The position numbers and the translations under genes were made by a program. The notes below the pieces were generated by a model. It was not told the DNA's origin and did not search any database. It saw only the letters and a list, made by a program, of their open reading frames with translations. A DNA stretch of 64,000 nt from a virus, in the IMG/VR virus record IMGVR_UViG_3300028027_000057, positions 11,089 to 75,088 of that record. One strand, given 5' to 3'. How positions within the stretch are numbered: the stretch's first letter is position 1; each line of letters starts with the position of its first letter. This document shows, in pieces, positions 16,694 to 27,101 of the stretch.

Positions 16694-17370
16694 TGAAAAT
16701 CCTCCCATCTCAGCTAACATACGAACAGCTTATGTCTGTCCTAGGCGGGGATGATAGCGATGCAGACGAGCAAGTACTAGAGTCCTACAATGATGTGGTG
16801 CCTTTCCTAACAAATTACAATATAACTCCCGGTGATACTCCCGTATCTAAAAAACTCCTATATAAGCTATATCAAACCTATTCTACTGAACCTATGGACA
16901 AGCTAGCCTTTGCTAGACAAGTAGGAGAGTTTGTAGAACCTAAAGGAATGTTCTATTATCTAAACATGGATAATTTTGCAATATCTAAACACATATATAT
17001 GGGACAAAATAAAATAGACAAGACAAAAAGCCTGACCTACCAAACCCATTATAATTGGTTCATTAAAGAAATAAATATGCAGCGCGGGTTAAAATGGCTA
17101 GAGGGATTTGTATTATTCTACATATACAAAGACTTCTGTAAATCACGTAGAGTTAATCCAAAGCTAGGTTATAATAGCTTCCATAGATTCCTAAAGCTTC
17201 ATTTTCAATTTAGACGAAAGAATGAGAACCGCAGCTTGTGGTTTAGAGTTGACGATAATATTTTTAATTTATTAACAGAACTAGAGAAGGATGTTTTACG
17301 TGACGCAAGAAAAAAAGAAACGGGGCGGAGTAAGAAAGAAGTCAAGCGGGACAGCGAAAAAACCACGTAG
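16693..17370 (+). CDS. hypothetical DNA-binding protein with two winged-helix-like repeats
   Basis: LYKLYQTY...FARQV and LFYIYKDFC...FHRFL resemble D5-primase C-terminal winged helices. Confidence 0.55.
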   Translation: MKILPSQLTYEQLMSVLGGDDSDADEQVLESYNDVVPFLTNYNITPGDTPVSKKLLYKLYQTYSTEPMDKLAFARQVGEFVEPKGMFYYLNMDNFAISKHIYMGQNKIDKTKSLTYQTHYNWFIKEINMQRGLKWLEGFVLFYIYKDFCKSRRVNPKLGYNSFHRFLKLHFQFRRKNENRSLWFRVDDNIFNLLTELEKDVLRDARKKETGRSKKEVKRDSEKTT

Positions 17371-17713
17371 ATCGGATTTTGACTATCCCTATCTAGAACC
17401 ATCCGTTGCGCTATTAAAACGCAGAGACGAGGTTATAGACGTTGCTAGCTATGCAAACCAGTTAACTCCAGACGAGAAAGCATGGATGAATCAATTCATG
17501 AAAGAGTATAATGATGCAGACACAGCAACTGCGGTATTTCATACTGACGCTAAAACTCGTAAGATTTGTAATGATAGGAATAATGCTAGAAACCGTTGTT
17601 GGTATACTGAAGAAGCTGCGGCGAATAGATTGAATTTAGTGGAGTCGGACTATGAAATGGAACGATTAATTTATTCTACTGACCCATCAACTTCCGAAGA
17701 CGAGCCATCTTAG
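17291..17713 (+). CDS. hypothetical protein, last gene of the + arm
   Basis: AGAAGG RBS; overlaps 16693 and the convergent gene 17676. Confidence 0.65.
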   Translation: MFYVTQEKKKRGGVRKKSSGTAKKPRRSDFDYPYLEPSVALLKRRDEVIDVASYANQLTPDEKAWMNQFMKEYNDADTATAVFHTDAKTRKICNDRNNARNRCWYTEEAAANRLNLVESDYEMERLIYSTDPSTSEDEPS

Positions 17714-18515
17714 CAGGGGATTTATTATATGATTTACGCGCTTTGTCTTCTACTAATAACTGTTTCTCTTCTTCTGCTGACTCTCCAACGTCGTCGGCCT
17801 CAGAAAGTCCGGGTACGGCGGCAGAGGCATCCTGTGACAACAAAGCAGCGGCGACACCTAAGACGGGCATACCCTTTAAAAGACGAGGAAGGTTAGCCTG
17901 AGCTACTGTAGCCCCTCGTTTTAATCCATGGTGACCTTTAAGTAATAATTCTTTTAGGTCATTAATGTCTGCAGATTTTACTAGTTCTCTCATCTTTTTA
18001 GGATCAAGAATTCTTCCCATATCATCAACTAGATCAGTTGACAAACTCTTAAGTTTCTTATTAGTTTTAGGTCCGGGTAATAATTCGTCAGTATCTCCAT
18101 AATCTTTATTAGCAAAATCTCTAGCATGGAGGTTTTCATGTAATACAGTAGACGCAAAATCCTCAGTTGTTCCTTTAGGGTTTAAAGTTATCTTACCTCT
18201 AGAAGGATCGAACACTCCAAAGTCTTTCATACTAGGATCAATCTGTATAATCTTTTTAACGTCGGGAGTGAATTGATTAGTTAGTTCATGAGCAAAATCA
18301 GTCATCTGGGCACTAGAACTTCCTTTATTAGGAATCTTACCTTTAAACTGTTCCAATGCTGCACTACCTAGTGCTTGTTCTTGTAGGTTATTAGCACGAT
18401 ATGAATCATCAATAAAGTTACCTGATCTCTTCATATAAGGATCAAGATCGAATTCGCCTTTCTCTGCGTTCTTACGAATAGCGTCTAGAATGAGTTTTCT
18501 TTGTGCTTCGTCCAC
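17676..18515 (-). CDS. HEXXH metallopeptidase-like protein with shared C-terminal domain (putative virion cargo)
   Basis: GVFDPSRGKITLN...VLHENLH; C-terminus paralogous to 54911..55405. Confidence 0.7.
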   Translation of the reverse strand: MDEAQRKLILDAIRKNAEKGEFDLDPYMKRSGNFIDDSYRANNLQEQALGSAALEQFKGKIPNKGSSSAQMTDFAHELTNQFTPDVKKIIQIDPSMKDFGVFDPSRGKITLNPKGTTEDFASTVLHENLHARDFANKDYGDTDELLPGPKTNKKLKSLSTDLVDDMGRILDPKKMRELVKSADINDLKELLLKGHHGLKRGATVAQANLPRLLKGMPVLGVAAALLSQDASAAVPGLSEADDVGESAEEEKQLLVEDKARKSYNKSPAKMARLRKLMGQ

Positions 18516-18916
18516 TATTCAGCCTTAGGGGGTTCAATATTGTCATTGATAGACCCGAGTTTGTCGATAAGTGATTTAAAGATTGGACTACCATTAATTG
18601 TATTTAGATTTTCAAGAAGACTTGCCATTTCTACAACAGCGATAAGACCAGAACATATTTTAGAGATTGGGAGGAATCCATCTAGCATATACGTTTCAGC
18701 TAGGAATCCTAATAGTATTGCTGCGTTATAGACAAAGCATTTTGTTACAGTGCGTCTTAATCCAGCCGAAGTAATCTGCTGGCCCTTCTTTTTTGCTGCC
18801 CAGATTCCTGTAATCAGGTCAAAGAATATAAGTAAACCAGTTACTAATATAACAGCTTTAATAGGAGCAAATACAGCAAGTGTTGAAACTACAATACCAA
18901 CTAACCAGTCTTTCAT
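18515..18916 (-). CDS. holin (phage holin 4/TcdE-like)
   Basis: DLITGIWAA...ITSAGLRRTVTK...EMASLLENL; three hydrophobic segments. Confidence 0.8.
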   Translation of the reverse strand: MKDWLVGIVVSTLAVFAPIKAVILVTGLLIFFDLITGIWAAKKKGQQITSAGLRRTVTKCFVYNAAILLGFLAETYMLDGFLPISKICSGLIAVVEMASLLENLNTINGSPIFKSLIDKLGSINDNIEPPKAE

Positions 18917-18925
18917 TACATTCCC

Positions 18926-20965
18926 TTATTCCTCTTCGTCTTTTAAGTCATCGGCATTTATAAATAGTTTAGCATTTGGATTTTGCATAATTGTAAAGAT
19001 AGCGGCATTCTTTTTAGGAGAGTTACCACTTGCGATTGCTTCGGTTAAAGCTTTGCCCATGGAACTTAAACCCGGCGTTGTTTCTAGCTGAGAAGCCAAG
19101 TTTTTGAGATATTGTTCTGGAGCTTTAAATATTTTACGTGAAACATCAACACCAGATGTAATCTGAGGTGCTAATGATTTAGAAAGTTTACCAGCGTGAT
19201 AAGCAATAGAAGTAGGAGCTTTACCGATAACCCATTCCTTAATGTCAGGAACAAGTGATCTACCTTGAGTAGTAGCACGAGAAGAACTACGTAACACTGA
19301 ATCATCCGACGCGCTTAATACGAGTTTACGGACTTGTTCAGCATCTGGTATAACTTTCTGTATATTAGGATTTTCAGCGGCACGGCTAACTTCTTTCTTC
19401 TGGAAATCACCTAGAGCTTCCATGAACTTAACAAACGAAGTCCTAGAGGGCTGAGACGCAGCGTCATCGCGCTGAACGTTCTTAATCATGTCATCAATAC
19501 TTCCATATAACTTATTCTCAGCATCATTCAACTTGCCGTAGAACTTATTAGTAACTTCTACAGGGCGGTCTCTTGAAACAACTTGCTCAAGTACATTACG
19601 GAAGTTCTCAAATCTTTCAGCAGCAAACCTGTATTCAGGCACTTCTTTCTTCAACGATTGTGAAATACTAGAACGAAAACGCATAAGCTCTGAAAGAGTA
19701 GAAGCATCTTGTGGGGTTTTATTTGTAGCAGATTTGAATACACCAATACTAGCATCAATATCATCAATAAGAGTTTTAAGCTCTAGTGGGTTTAATTGTT
19801 GTTGTCTATTTAGTATTTTATCATACGCAGCGGCGCTTCGTCTAGAAGTTCCTAGCTCTGGAATAGTCTCAGCAAGTTCGGCAATACGAGCCCCAGCTGC
19901 TTCAATGTCAGGACTGATATTTACAAGTCTACCTGACTCAGTAGCTGTTTTTAAACTATTTCCAACTTCCTGACCTAATTTACCGTCGGCTTCTCCTAAC
20001 TGACCAAGGACAGAGTTAACTGCCTTTTCATCCCTTAACGCAAATGCCTCAGGTCCAGCTTTAATATCTTGAGCATGAGAACGGGGATGAATTCCTAGTT
20101 CCTGTCCATACTCTTTATATGCTTTTGCAATTTGACGTAATCTAGGCTGACTTTCATCAGTAAAAGCGCCTGAAATTTTATTACCTACAGATTCAATTTT
20201 TTTACTAACACTAGGAATAGCTATATCTGAAACAGCTTGAACGCCTAACATAGCAGGCAATCCGAAAGCCATACCACCGGCAACATCTGCAGCAACGCCC
20301 ATTGGATTAGCGTTCTCACCAATTAACTGTTCTTTAGAAGTAGCAGCTAATTCTGGTATCATAAGAGGAAGAGATTGTGCGTATGATTTTCCACCACGAG
20401 CTAATAATTCTAAGGCAGCTTTTGACTTCCCAGAATCTTTAGCAATGTCAGTAATTGATTTAATATTCTTAGCACCAGTTCCGACCCCAAGAGTAGAACC
20501 TAATATCGAACCGCCAGTCATACCACCGGCTAATTGACCGGCTATGTTAGCAACAGGAGAACGAGCTTCTGACTCTTCCTGTGCTTTTTCTGAAGCTTGT
20601 TGATAGCCTCTATACTTCTGTAGAAATGATTCTTCAGGAACTTGAAAGCCCTGTTCTTTAAGTTGAGCATCGACTGCGGCAGGACCAATCCCGAGTTTAC
20701 CTAAACCAGTTTCAATTCCAGCTCCAATCATACCACCAAGCTCATCCATAGTTCCCATAGATAAACCTTGAGCAGCCCCAACAGAAAAGTCTTCAGCTGT
20801 TTCTAAAGCTGGAGATACCATTTCAGAAGCAGATTGTCCCATACGTTGTAAAAACGAAGGACGTTCTTCTATTGGTGCGGCAGAACTTGAAGCGGCTGCT
20901 TCAAACTCGTCGTCAAAAGTAGATTGAGGTGCTTCATCGAATTCGTCATCAAATGAATTGGCCAT
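18926..20965 (-). CDS. internal virion / DNA ejection protein
   Basis: Acidic FDDEF repeats, GAAQGLSMGTMDEL motif, Gly/Ala-rich hydrophobic segments; podovirus ejection-gene position. Confidence 0.7.
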   Translation of the reverse strand: MANSFDDEFDEAPQSTFDDEFEAAASSSAAPIEERPSFLQRMGQSASEMVSPALETAEDFSVGAAQGLSMGTMDELGGMIGAGIETGLGKLGIGPAAVDAQLKEQGFQVPEESFLQKYRGYQQASEKAQEESEARSPVANIAGQLAGGMTGGSILGSTLGVGTGAKNIKSITDIAKDSGKSKAALELLARGGKSYAQSLPLMIPELAATSKEQLIGENANPMGVAADVAGGMAFGLPAMLGVQAVSDIAIPSVSKKIESVGNKISGAFTDESQPRLRQIAKAYKEYGQELGIHPRSHAQDIKAGPEAFALRDEKAVNSVLGQLGEADGKLGQEVGNSLKTATESGRLVNISPDIEAAGARIAELAETIPELGTSRRSAAAYDKILNRQQQLNPLELKTLIDDIDASIGVFKSATNKTPQDASTLSELMRFRSSISQSLKKEVPEYRFAAERFENFRNVLEQVVSRDRPVEVTNKFYGKLNDAENKLYGSIDDMIKNVQRDDAASQPSRTSFVKFMEALGDFQKKEVSRAAENPNIQKVIPDAEQVRKLVLSASDDSVLRSSSRATTQGRSLVPDIKEWVIGKAPTSIAYHAGKLSKSLAPQITSGVDVSRKIFKAPEQYLKNLASQLETTPGLSSMGKALTEAIASGNSPKKNAAIFTIMQNPNAKLFINADDLKDEEE

Positions 20966-22758
20966 TATTTTACAATCTCGTATTTAGTTTTATCAATATT
21001 AGCAGCACTAGAAGCAGGCATGTCTTTAGTAAGGCCGTCTTTAATTCTGCGAACTTTTACAATTTCAGTTGTTAATCCCTGTGATTTTTGCGAGTTAGCT
21101 ATCCCCACGTCGACATCTCCATATATTGCTCGATTTAATATTTCAGGATCATATCCTTTTTCTTTACCAGCATTAACGGCATTTACCTTAGTTTTTTTAA
21201 ATCTATTTTCTTGCGCTTTAGCTCCAGCTCGCATTATTTCCATAAATGAATCTCTAGTGTCCTGATCTAATAGATCGCCACCAGTAATCTGTTTTGTTCC
21301 AGATTTAATTTTGCCCCAAAGAGACATTGCTCCCTTTGATAACTGAACCTCACCCTCTCTAACTGTAGAAGATGGGTCTAATCCACTAATGAAAGAATAT
21401 AGTAAACTCACATCTTTAGCCCCGGGTGTTACGCCATTTTTTGCATCAGACATAATAGTATCTAGAGCTGAAATATTAGCTTGAGTCTTAGTAAAATCAT
21501 CGTAATTTTTTTGTAGAGATTTATTATAGGTATCAATATGTTTATTTAATCCCTGTGTACTTTTATTATCGCTTAAAAATTCTCTTTGTAAGTTAGCAGC
21601 TTCTTTTCTAGCTTTTCCAGCTTCGATTGTGCTAAGTAAATTACCAATATTAACGCCTGAATTTTTTAAAGCCTGAGCAGACATAACCTGTCCGGGCTTA
21701 ATAAGACCAGCTTTAGCAGCTAATTCAGCAGTAAGTTTAGATACTTCAGAGTTAGGATCGCGCATTTTAGCGTCATCACTTAGTTCTTCTTGAGCAGCTT
21801 TTAACTTCTGTTCAGAACTCTTTGTTTCCATCAAACCTTTAATATCAGATACTGGTTTTCCAGCTGTCTTCTCTAAAGCGTCTACTCCACTATAATCAGC
21901 CTTAACTTGTGATCCAGCGCCAAGACTAGCAATAGCTGCACCAGCTTGATTTCCTGATCTTAGTAAATGATTATAGAAATCATTCTGATTAGATGATTGT
22001 TGTGCTTCTCTCATAAGAGAAGAATAATCAGGTTGCTCAGATACAGGAGCTATCTCTTCTGTAGGTTCCTGTGGAAGCCCAGCCATTCCTTTATCAAATG
22101 TATTTTCTAGAGCTTTAAAGTCTAAACTGTCAGATTTAGGAGCTGCAATAGCAGAAGATGCCGCGCGTTTTACCGGAGTAATCATATCGGGCGCAGTAGG
22201 AGGAACTTCTTGTTTAGCGTTTGGCGCAAATGGAATTTGAGGAGATTCTTCTCCGCCCATCATACCATAGCCAAGTCCACCAAGACCTAGTGCAGCGGCA
22301 ACGCCTTTCAATCTAGGGTCCATTCTATCTATATTTACAGAACCCTGTAACTTAGAAGCTGTATCGGCTAAACTAGCAGGAGCAGCTTGGGAAGCTTTTA
22401 TTCCATCAGGAGCAGGGACTTTATACTGAGCAGCTGGGGCATCATCATATGATAGACCAAGATTGGCATTATTGATATTACGTTCAGCATCAACGTAAGG
22501 AGCATTCAAAGCTCCCTTTTGTAGTTCTGCTGTTTTAGTAGCAGTTGCAATATCATCAGACGCACTTTGTAATGCATCTAGATTCTTACCGCTTCCCATA
22601 GGAACAGCAGCATCAGCAGCTTCTCTTTGTAAATTAGCCATAGTGGCAGCTTCTGAAACTTCCTCTCCGGTCGTACCTGCTTTTTTTCCTAAAGCCTCTA
22701 AAACTTCATCAGTTGATTTACCCATTTTCTGAGCTAGAATCTGTAATATATTTGCCAT
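20965..22758 (-). CDS. internal virion / DNA ejection protein
   Basis: LDPSSTVREGE motif typical of ejection proteins; helical and Ala-rich. Confidence 0.65.
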   Translation of the reverse strand: MANILQILAQKMGKSTDEVLEALGKKAGTTGEEVSEAATMANLQREAADAAVPMGSGKNLDALQSASDDIATATKTAELQKGALNAPYVDAERNINNANLGLSYDDAPAAQYKVPAPDGIKASQAAPASLADTASKLQGSVNIDRMDPRLKGVAAALGLGGLGYGMMGGEESPQIPFAPNAKQEVPPTAPDMITPVKRAASSAIAAPKSDSLDFKALENTFDKGMAGLPQEPTEEIAPVSEQPDYSSLMREAQQSSNQNDFYNHLLRSGNQAGAAIASLGAGSQVKADYSGVDALEKTAGKPVSDIKGLMETKSSEQKLKAAQEELSDDAKMRDPNSEVSKLTAELAAKAGLIKPGQVMSAQALKNSGVNIGNLLSTIEAGKARKEAANLQREFLSDNKSTQGLNKHIDTYNKSLQKNYDDFTKTQANISALDTIMSDAKNGVTPGAKDVSLLYSFISGLDPSSTVREGEVQLSKGAMSLWGKIKSGTKQITGGDLLDQDTRDSFMEIMRAGAKAQENRFKKTKVNAVNAGKEKGYDPEILNRAIYGDVDVGIANSQKSQGLTTEIVKVRRIKDGLTKDMPASSAANIDKTKYEIVK

Positions 22759-22761
22759 GTA

Positions 22762-23142
22762 CTACCTGCCTAGGTATTTTTTCATTGTTGCAGCAATTGC
22801 TTTTTTCTTCATTTCTAAATCTACTAGATTTTGTTCAGAACTTTGTACCGCTTTTTGTGCAGCCGGTTGCATATCTTCATCTGGATCATATACGTCATTT
22901 AATTCGTCAAGTTTCATTTCGCCAGAATCATCAATCTCGTGCTCAACTTCTGGTTCATCCATCTCATGACTAACTGCTTTCTTAATCCCAGCTTTAATTT
23001 GAGCTGGAACAGAATAAGGCTTCTCTGGATTTTCAACGCTATATTTTAAATCATCGTCAATATCCTCACCTTGTACTTCTGCTGCGCTAACAGAATTAGG
23101 ACGACTTAACATTTCTAAGAATTTCTTTTTATCAATAGCCAT
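22762..23142 (-). CDS. hypothetical acidic protein with basic termini
   Basis: Operon continuity. Confidence 0.6.
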   Translation of the reverse strand: MAIDKKKFLEMLSRPNSVSAAEVQGEDIDDDLKYSVENPEKPYSVPAQIKAGIKKAVSHEMDEPEVEHEIDDSGEMKLDELNDVYDPDEDMQPAAQKAVQSSEQNLVDLEMKKKAIAATMKKYLGR

Positions 23143-23143
23143 A

Positions 23144-24142
23144 TTATGCCTTTTTTAATCCCTTAAGTGCTTCAGTTAGTTTATCATTATCTTGTTTTTG
23201 TCCATATGCAGCAACTCCCGATCCAACTGCTGATCCCATTGCTCCATAAGAAGCAGCCGTATTCTGAGCTTGTTGTCCGTAGTAATTAGCTTGTCCTGTC
23301 AGAGCATTAGCTTTGGCAGAAGCTAATCCTAGCTTATCTTGGAAGTAATCACGCTGAGCTTGACTTTGTCTCTGAGTTTCAGCGTTTTTCATTGCATTAT
23401 TAGCATCGGCAATACGTTGTTGTTCTTGTAGATTAGATTGTTGAGCTGAGTTTAAAGCACCAACATTCTGTCTTTGTCTTTCAATTGAATTCTGAGCAAG
23501 GAACTTATTGCGTTCATCTTTAGCTCTAGCAATTTCAGAAGCTTGGTTGTAATCAGTATTTCTCATTTCACCAGCCATACGACCATACTGTTCAATAGCA
23601 TTTCTACGAGCACTACTAGCATTAGCCATAAGTGAATCGCTTTGCTGAGAAGCTAGTTCTGCTGCTTGTTGTCCAGCACCAAGCTGAGCTATAAGAGATG
23701 CACCTGATCCGCCCATACCTTGAGCTTGCATCTGTTGTAGTATTTGTTGACGTTTAGCTTCAGCGTCGCGCTGTGTAGCTTGTCTAACTTGATTTAAAGC
23801 GGCTCTATCTTCTGCTCCCATCCCGACTTTACCGAGATTACCTAAAAGACCTAGGGCTTTCATTTGTGCTGTTTTAGAATCAGGAGAAAGGATTAGATTA
23901 CCCATCTCAGATTCAGCCACATTAATCTCTTCTTCAAGGTCTGGAGTGTATATACCAGCTTTCTGAAATTCTTGTAAGATTAGAGCTTTAGATAAATCAG
24001 GAGGAGTGCCGGCTTTCTCTAGCTCAGCCATCGCTTGTTTCATTGCTTTTTTCTGAGACTCTTTATCTCCCTTAGCCATGTAGTTACCTACAAGACCTCC
24101 AACTATCGGGGCAGCAACAGCTGCGGCGGCTAACCAAGGCAT
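23144..24142 (-). CDS. DNA pilot/ejection protein (P22 gp7-like position and composition)
   Basis: MPWLAAAAVAAPIVGGLVG N-terminus; Gln/Ala-rich coiled coil; GSAVGSGVAAY C-terminus. Confidence 0.7.
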   Translation of the reverse strand: MPWLAAAAVAAPIVGGLVGNYMAKGDKESQKKAMKQAMAELEKAGTPPDLSKALILQEFQKAGIYTPDLEEEINVAESEMGNLILSPDSKTAQMKALGLLGNLGKVGMGAEDRAALNQVRQATQRDAEAKRQQILQQMQAQGMGGSGASLIAQLGAGQQAAELASQQSDSLMANASSARRNAIEQYGRMAGEMRNTDYNQASEIARAKDERNKFLAQNSIERQRQNVGALNSAQQSNLQEQQRIADANNAMKNAETQRQSQAQRDYFQDKLGLASAKANALTGQANYYGQQAQNTAASYGAMGSAVGSGVAAYGQKQDNDKLTEALKGLKKA

Positions 24143-24534
24143 ATATTCTCCTGTCTAAATACTATATAAGTTGTTATTTTATCGTCCTTTGTGATAGTTC
24201 CAATCGAAGAAAGGAACTTTATAGCTTTTTTATTGCTAGAATGTATATAAGCCATGAATATATCAGGCATAAGTCTTTTTAAATCTGCAATAAACAAAGC
24301 TTTTCCTGCTTTATTCCTAAATTCAGGCTTAATAAAGAACCCGGCTAATCTGATAATAAGATCATCTCGGTTAATTGCAATATAGCCATATTCAGTATTA
24401 TGGAGTTCTAAGTCTTTAATCCCATTCCAAGAATCTTCTACACATTGCTCAACCGACCAATTACTATTTCCATGATATATAGAAACAAATTCATTATCCA
24501 GTGAGTATAAGTTAAGAAGGTCTAGTTTTGTCAC
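24130..24534 (-). CDS. GNAT-fold protein in the ejection module
   Basis: FFIKPEFRNK and NKKAIKFL motifs; position matches T7 gp13 / P22 gp14. Confidence 0.65.
   Translation of the reverse strand: MTKLDLLNLYSLDNEFVSIYHGNSNWSVEQCVEDSWNGIKDLELHNTEYGYIAINRDDLIIRLAGFFIKPEFRNKAGKALFIADLKRLMPDIFMAYIHSSNKKAIKFLSSIGTITKDDKITTYIVFRQENICLG
24169..24176 (-). promoter_or_regulatory. TAACAACT putative late promoter
   Basis: About 27 nt upstream of start 24142. Confidence 0.6.
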
Positions 24535-27074
24535 TAGTTACCTTGTTCTCTTTTAATCGCGGCATTATAATACCTAAGAAGTTCATTCATCATTATGCCT
24601 CCCTCTACTTTACCTTTGTTTCCAATTGCACTAGTAGCAGCTATCTGAGGCTGACTCAACATTTGATTAAGGATATCTTGACTAGATTTATTAGCAAATG
24701 ACCCAATTTGGACTCTTTGACCAGTTGCATTGTCTAAAGTGCCCAATTCCCAAGGCTGCCAGTTCCCCGTCTTTCCGCCGTATAGAGCAGTAGAAACTGA
24801 CTTACTTACATTAGTAATACCTTTTCCAACTTCATTACCAACGTTCTTATATAGGTTCTTAACTGCATCTGCTCCAGATAACTTAGCAAAAGCTTGATCC
24901 AAACGTCCAGTTTGAGTGAGGTCTCTCAACCCTCCAGCCATGTTCATTCCCTCTTTAGTAAGTTCTCCGAGTCCTTTCGCTTTAAGGTCTTGATATCCAG
25001 TTAATAGTTTTCCAATTTGCTGCCCAGCGGCGCTATTACCAATCTTATTATTCATTAATGCTTTTAATATAGCGTTTTCGCCTTGTAATCCCATATTCAT
25101 TGCCCCAGATACAGCTTGAACTCCCCCTTCTGCCATTCTAGCAGTAGAGTCTCCACCAGTTAAAAGGTCGCCACCAAGAGCCCCTCCGACTATATAATTT
25201 GGGTCTGTCAAATTACTAAGAGCAGTCCCTGCTGTTTGTGATATCCCACCGATAGTTTGTTGTAAAGGATTTAGCCCAAGTTGCTGCAATTTAGCGACAT
25301 AAGCTGGGTCTTTCATTTTCTCGGCTTCAGTTTTAGCAATATAATCTTTTAAACTAGCAACGTCGAAGCTATTCTTACCAGCTTGAAACTGATCTTGTCC
25401 AGCTCCAAACTCTACATCCGGTCCAACTTTCCCAGAGAGTCTATCCATTGCAGATATGATGCCTTCCTGTCCGCCTGTAGCAGCCGCACGACGGTCAATA
25501 CCTTGAGCCGCTATACTCTTAAGTCTTTCACCTAAAAGAGCGTTAGGATCAAGCCCAGCGGCTTGAGCGCGTTGTACAAGTCCACCTTGTCCAACTAGAT
25601 CGTCTGCCTCTTGAGGAGAAAGGTATCCAGAATCCATCGCACTTTGTAATGCAACACCCATACGAGTCGTAGGGTCCATACCGGCAACTCTAGGATCAGT
25701 TCCAGATAACATACCTTGTAATGATTCAAAGTCTTTTTGTCTTCCAGTTTCAGAACCTTGTAATGCTCTCACCTGTTCGTCAACTTGACTGGAAATGACT
25801 CCACGTTTATCTGCAATTTGCTTTTGAGTCTCTTGACCAAACTGTTTAGCCTTTCCGACTAAGTCTTGAGCCTGTGCGCCAGCTAATTTATTAGCCGAGG
25901 AAACACTCTGCTCTGAACCACGAACTGATTTAGCTGCTTTTGATAGGAGAGATGTTTTATCTTGTCCTAAAATAGCTTCATCTAATCCACGTTGACCCTG
26001 AGTATAGTCCCGACCACCGACAAATTGCTTCAATAATTCTTGACGACCTCCAGTAGATCGAGCTAATCCACCGAGTTGTTCAGTTTGTTGTGCTTTTCCT
26101 AGGAGAGTTTGGAAATCACCAAGCTCTTTAGGTCCAGTATATGCCCCACTTTGGAGAGTAGTAAAGTCTTTGATCTCTGATTCAGTCGGAGCATTCTCAG
26201 CCATGAGCCTTTCAGTTTCAGACTTCATATACTGAGATTTCTCAGCACTAGTCATCTCGCCATACTGAGTTTCAAGCTTAGCTAAGTTGTCTGCTGCTTG
26301 TTTTTGAGAGTAAGCAGACGCTGCTTGTAACGCTGCCTCTACTCCACCCAATGATTGAATAGAAGCATTGTATGCTCTACCGGCTCCGTAGTTTGCCATA
26401 TTGTTTATTACAGCAGAATCTATCCTGCTTCCAGCGCCCATGCCGTCAAAACTAAAGTTCCAATACCCAGCGTTAGGGTCTGTTTTTCTTTGTTCTAGAA
26501 TATCAGCAACTCGTTTTTGTTCAGCGGCATTTAACCCAGCTAGGTTAGCTCTATCCGAGGCTAATTTATCCTGTACCAATTTCAGTTGTGCAGCTTGTTG
26601 TGCTTTCTGTTTATCAGCTTCAGCTTGTTGAGCAGTTTTATTCTGCTCATACTGAGACTGTAATCCACCGCTTACTTTAAATTTAGATTCATCTGGTTTA
26701 TATGTAGAAGCATCAAATCTACCTAAAACGCTAGCTCTTTTTGCAGCATTAGCTTGGGTATCTACTCTAGCTTTATCTGCGTCAGTTTGAAATGTAGCTT
26801 GAGATTGTCTAACGCCGGACTGTAGATTCTGTCCAGCTTGAGTTACTCCACCAGCAACTGACTGTCCAAGTTGATTACCTTGGTTAGCTTGCATAATACG
26901 ATTAAGATTAGTGAAGCCAGTCCCTTTCTTTTGGGGCTGTTTTTGTTGAACTTGATTAAGTGGGATAGTAGTATTGACTCCAGCCGGAGGAGTTGACTGA
27001 ACTGAAACAGGTCCAACTGGTTCAACTGGACCGGTTACTACTTTTTTCTTTTCATCTTCTGGGAGTAATGACAT
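24534..27074 (-). CDS. large internal virion/ejection protein candidate
   Basis: 846 aa, Gln/Ala/Gly-rich and helical; lies between tail and pilot genes. Confidence 0.6.
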   Translation of the reverse strand: MSLLPEDEKKKVVTGPVEPVGPVSVQSTPPAGVNTTIPLNQVQQKQPQKKGTGFTNLNRIMQANQGNQLGQSVAGGVTQAGQNLQSGVRQSQATFQTDADKARVDTQANAAKRASVLGRFDASTYKPDESKFKVSGGLQSQYEQNKTAQQAEADKQKAQQAAQLKLVQDKLASDRANLAGLNAAEQKRVADILEQRKTDPNAGYWNFSFDGMGAGSRIDSAVINNMANYGAGRAYNASIQSLGGVEAALQAASAYSQKQAADNLAKLETQYGEMTSAEKSQYMKSETERLMAENAPTESEIKDFTTLQSGAYTGPKELGDFQTLLGKAQQTEQLGGLARSTGGRQELLKQFVGGRDYTQGQRGLDEAILGQDKTSLLSKAAKSVRGSEQSVSSANKLAGAQAQDLVGKAKQFGQETQKQIADKRGVISSQVDEQVRALQGSETGRQKDFESLQGMLSGTDPRVAGMDPTTRMGVALQSAMDSGYLSPQEADDLVGQGGLVQRAQAAGLDPNALLGERLKSIAAQGIDRRAAATGGQEGIISAMDRLSGKVGPDVEFGAGQDQFQAGKNSFDVASLKDYIAKTEAEKMKDPAYVAKLQQLGLNPLQQTIGGISQTAGTALSNLTDPNYIVGGALGGDLLTGGDSTARMAEGGVQAVSGAMNMGLQGENAILKALMNNKIGNSAAGQQIGKLLTGYQDLKAKGLGELTKEGMNMAGGLRDLTQTGRLDQAFAKLSGADAVKNLYKNVGNEVGKGITNVSKSVSTALYGGKTGNWQPWELGTLDNATGQRVQIGSFANKSSQDILNQMLSQPQIAATSAIGNKGKVEGGIMMNELLRYYNAAIKREQGN

Positions 27075-27093
27075 TTGTACCTCTAGTACGAAT

Positions 27094-27101
27094 AGTTGTT
27101 A
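27094..27101 (-). promoter_or_regulatory. TAACAACT putative late promoter
   Basis: Uses the TAA stop of gene 27099; 20 nt upstream of start 27074. Confidence 0.7.
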
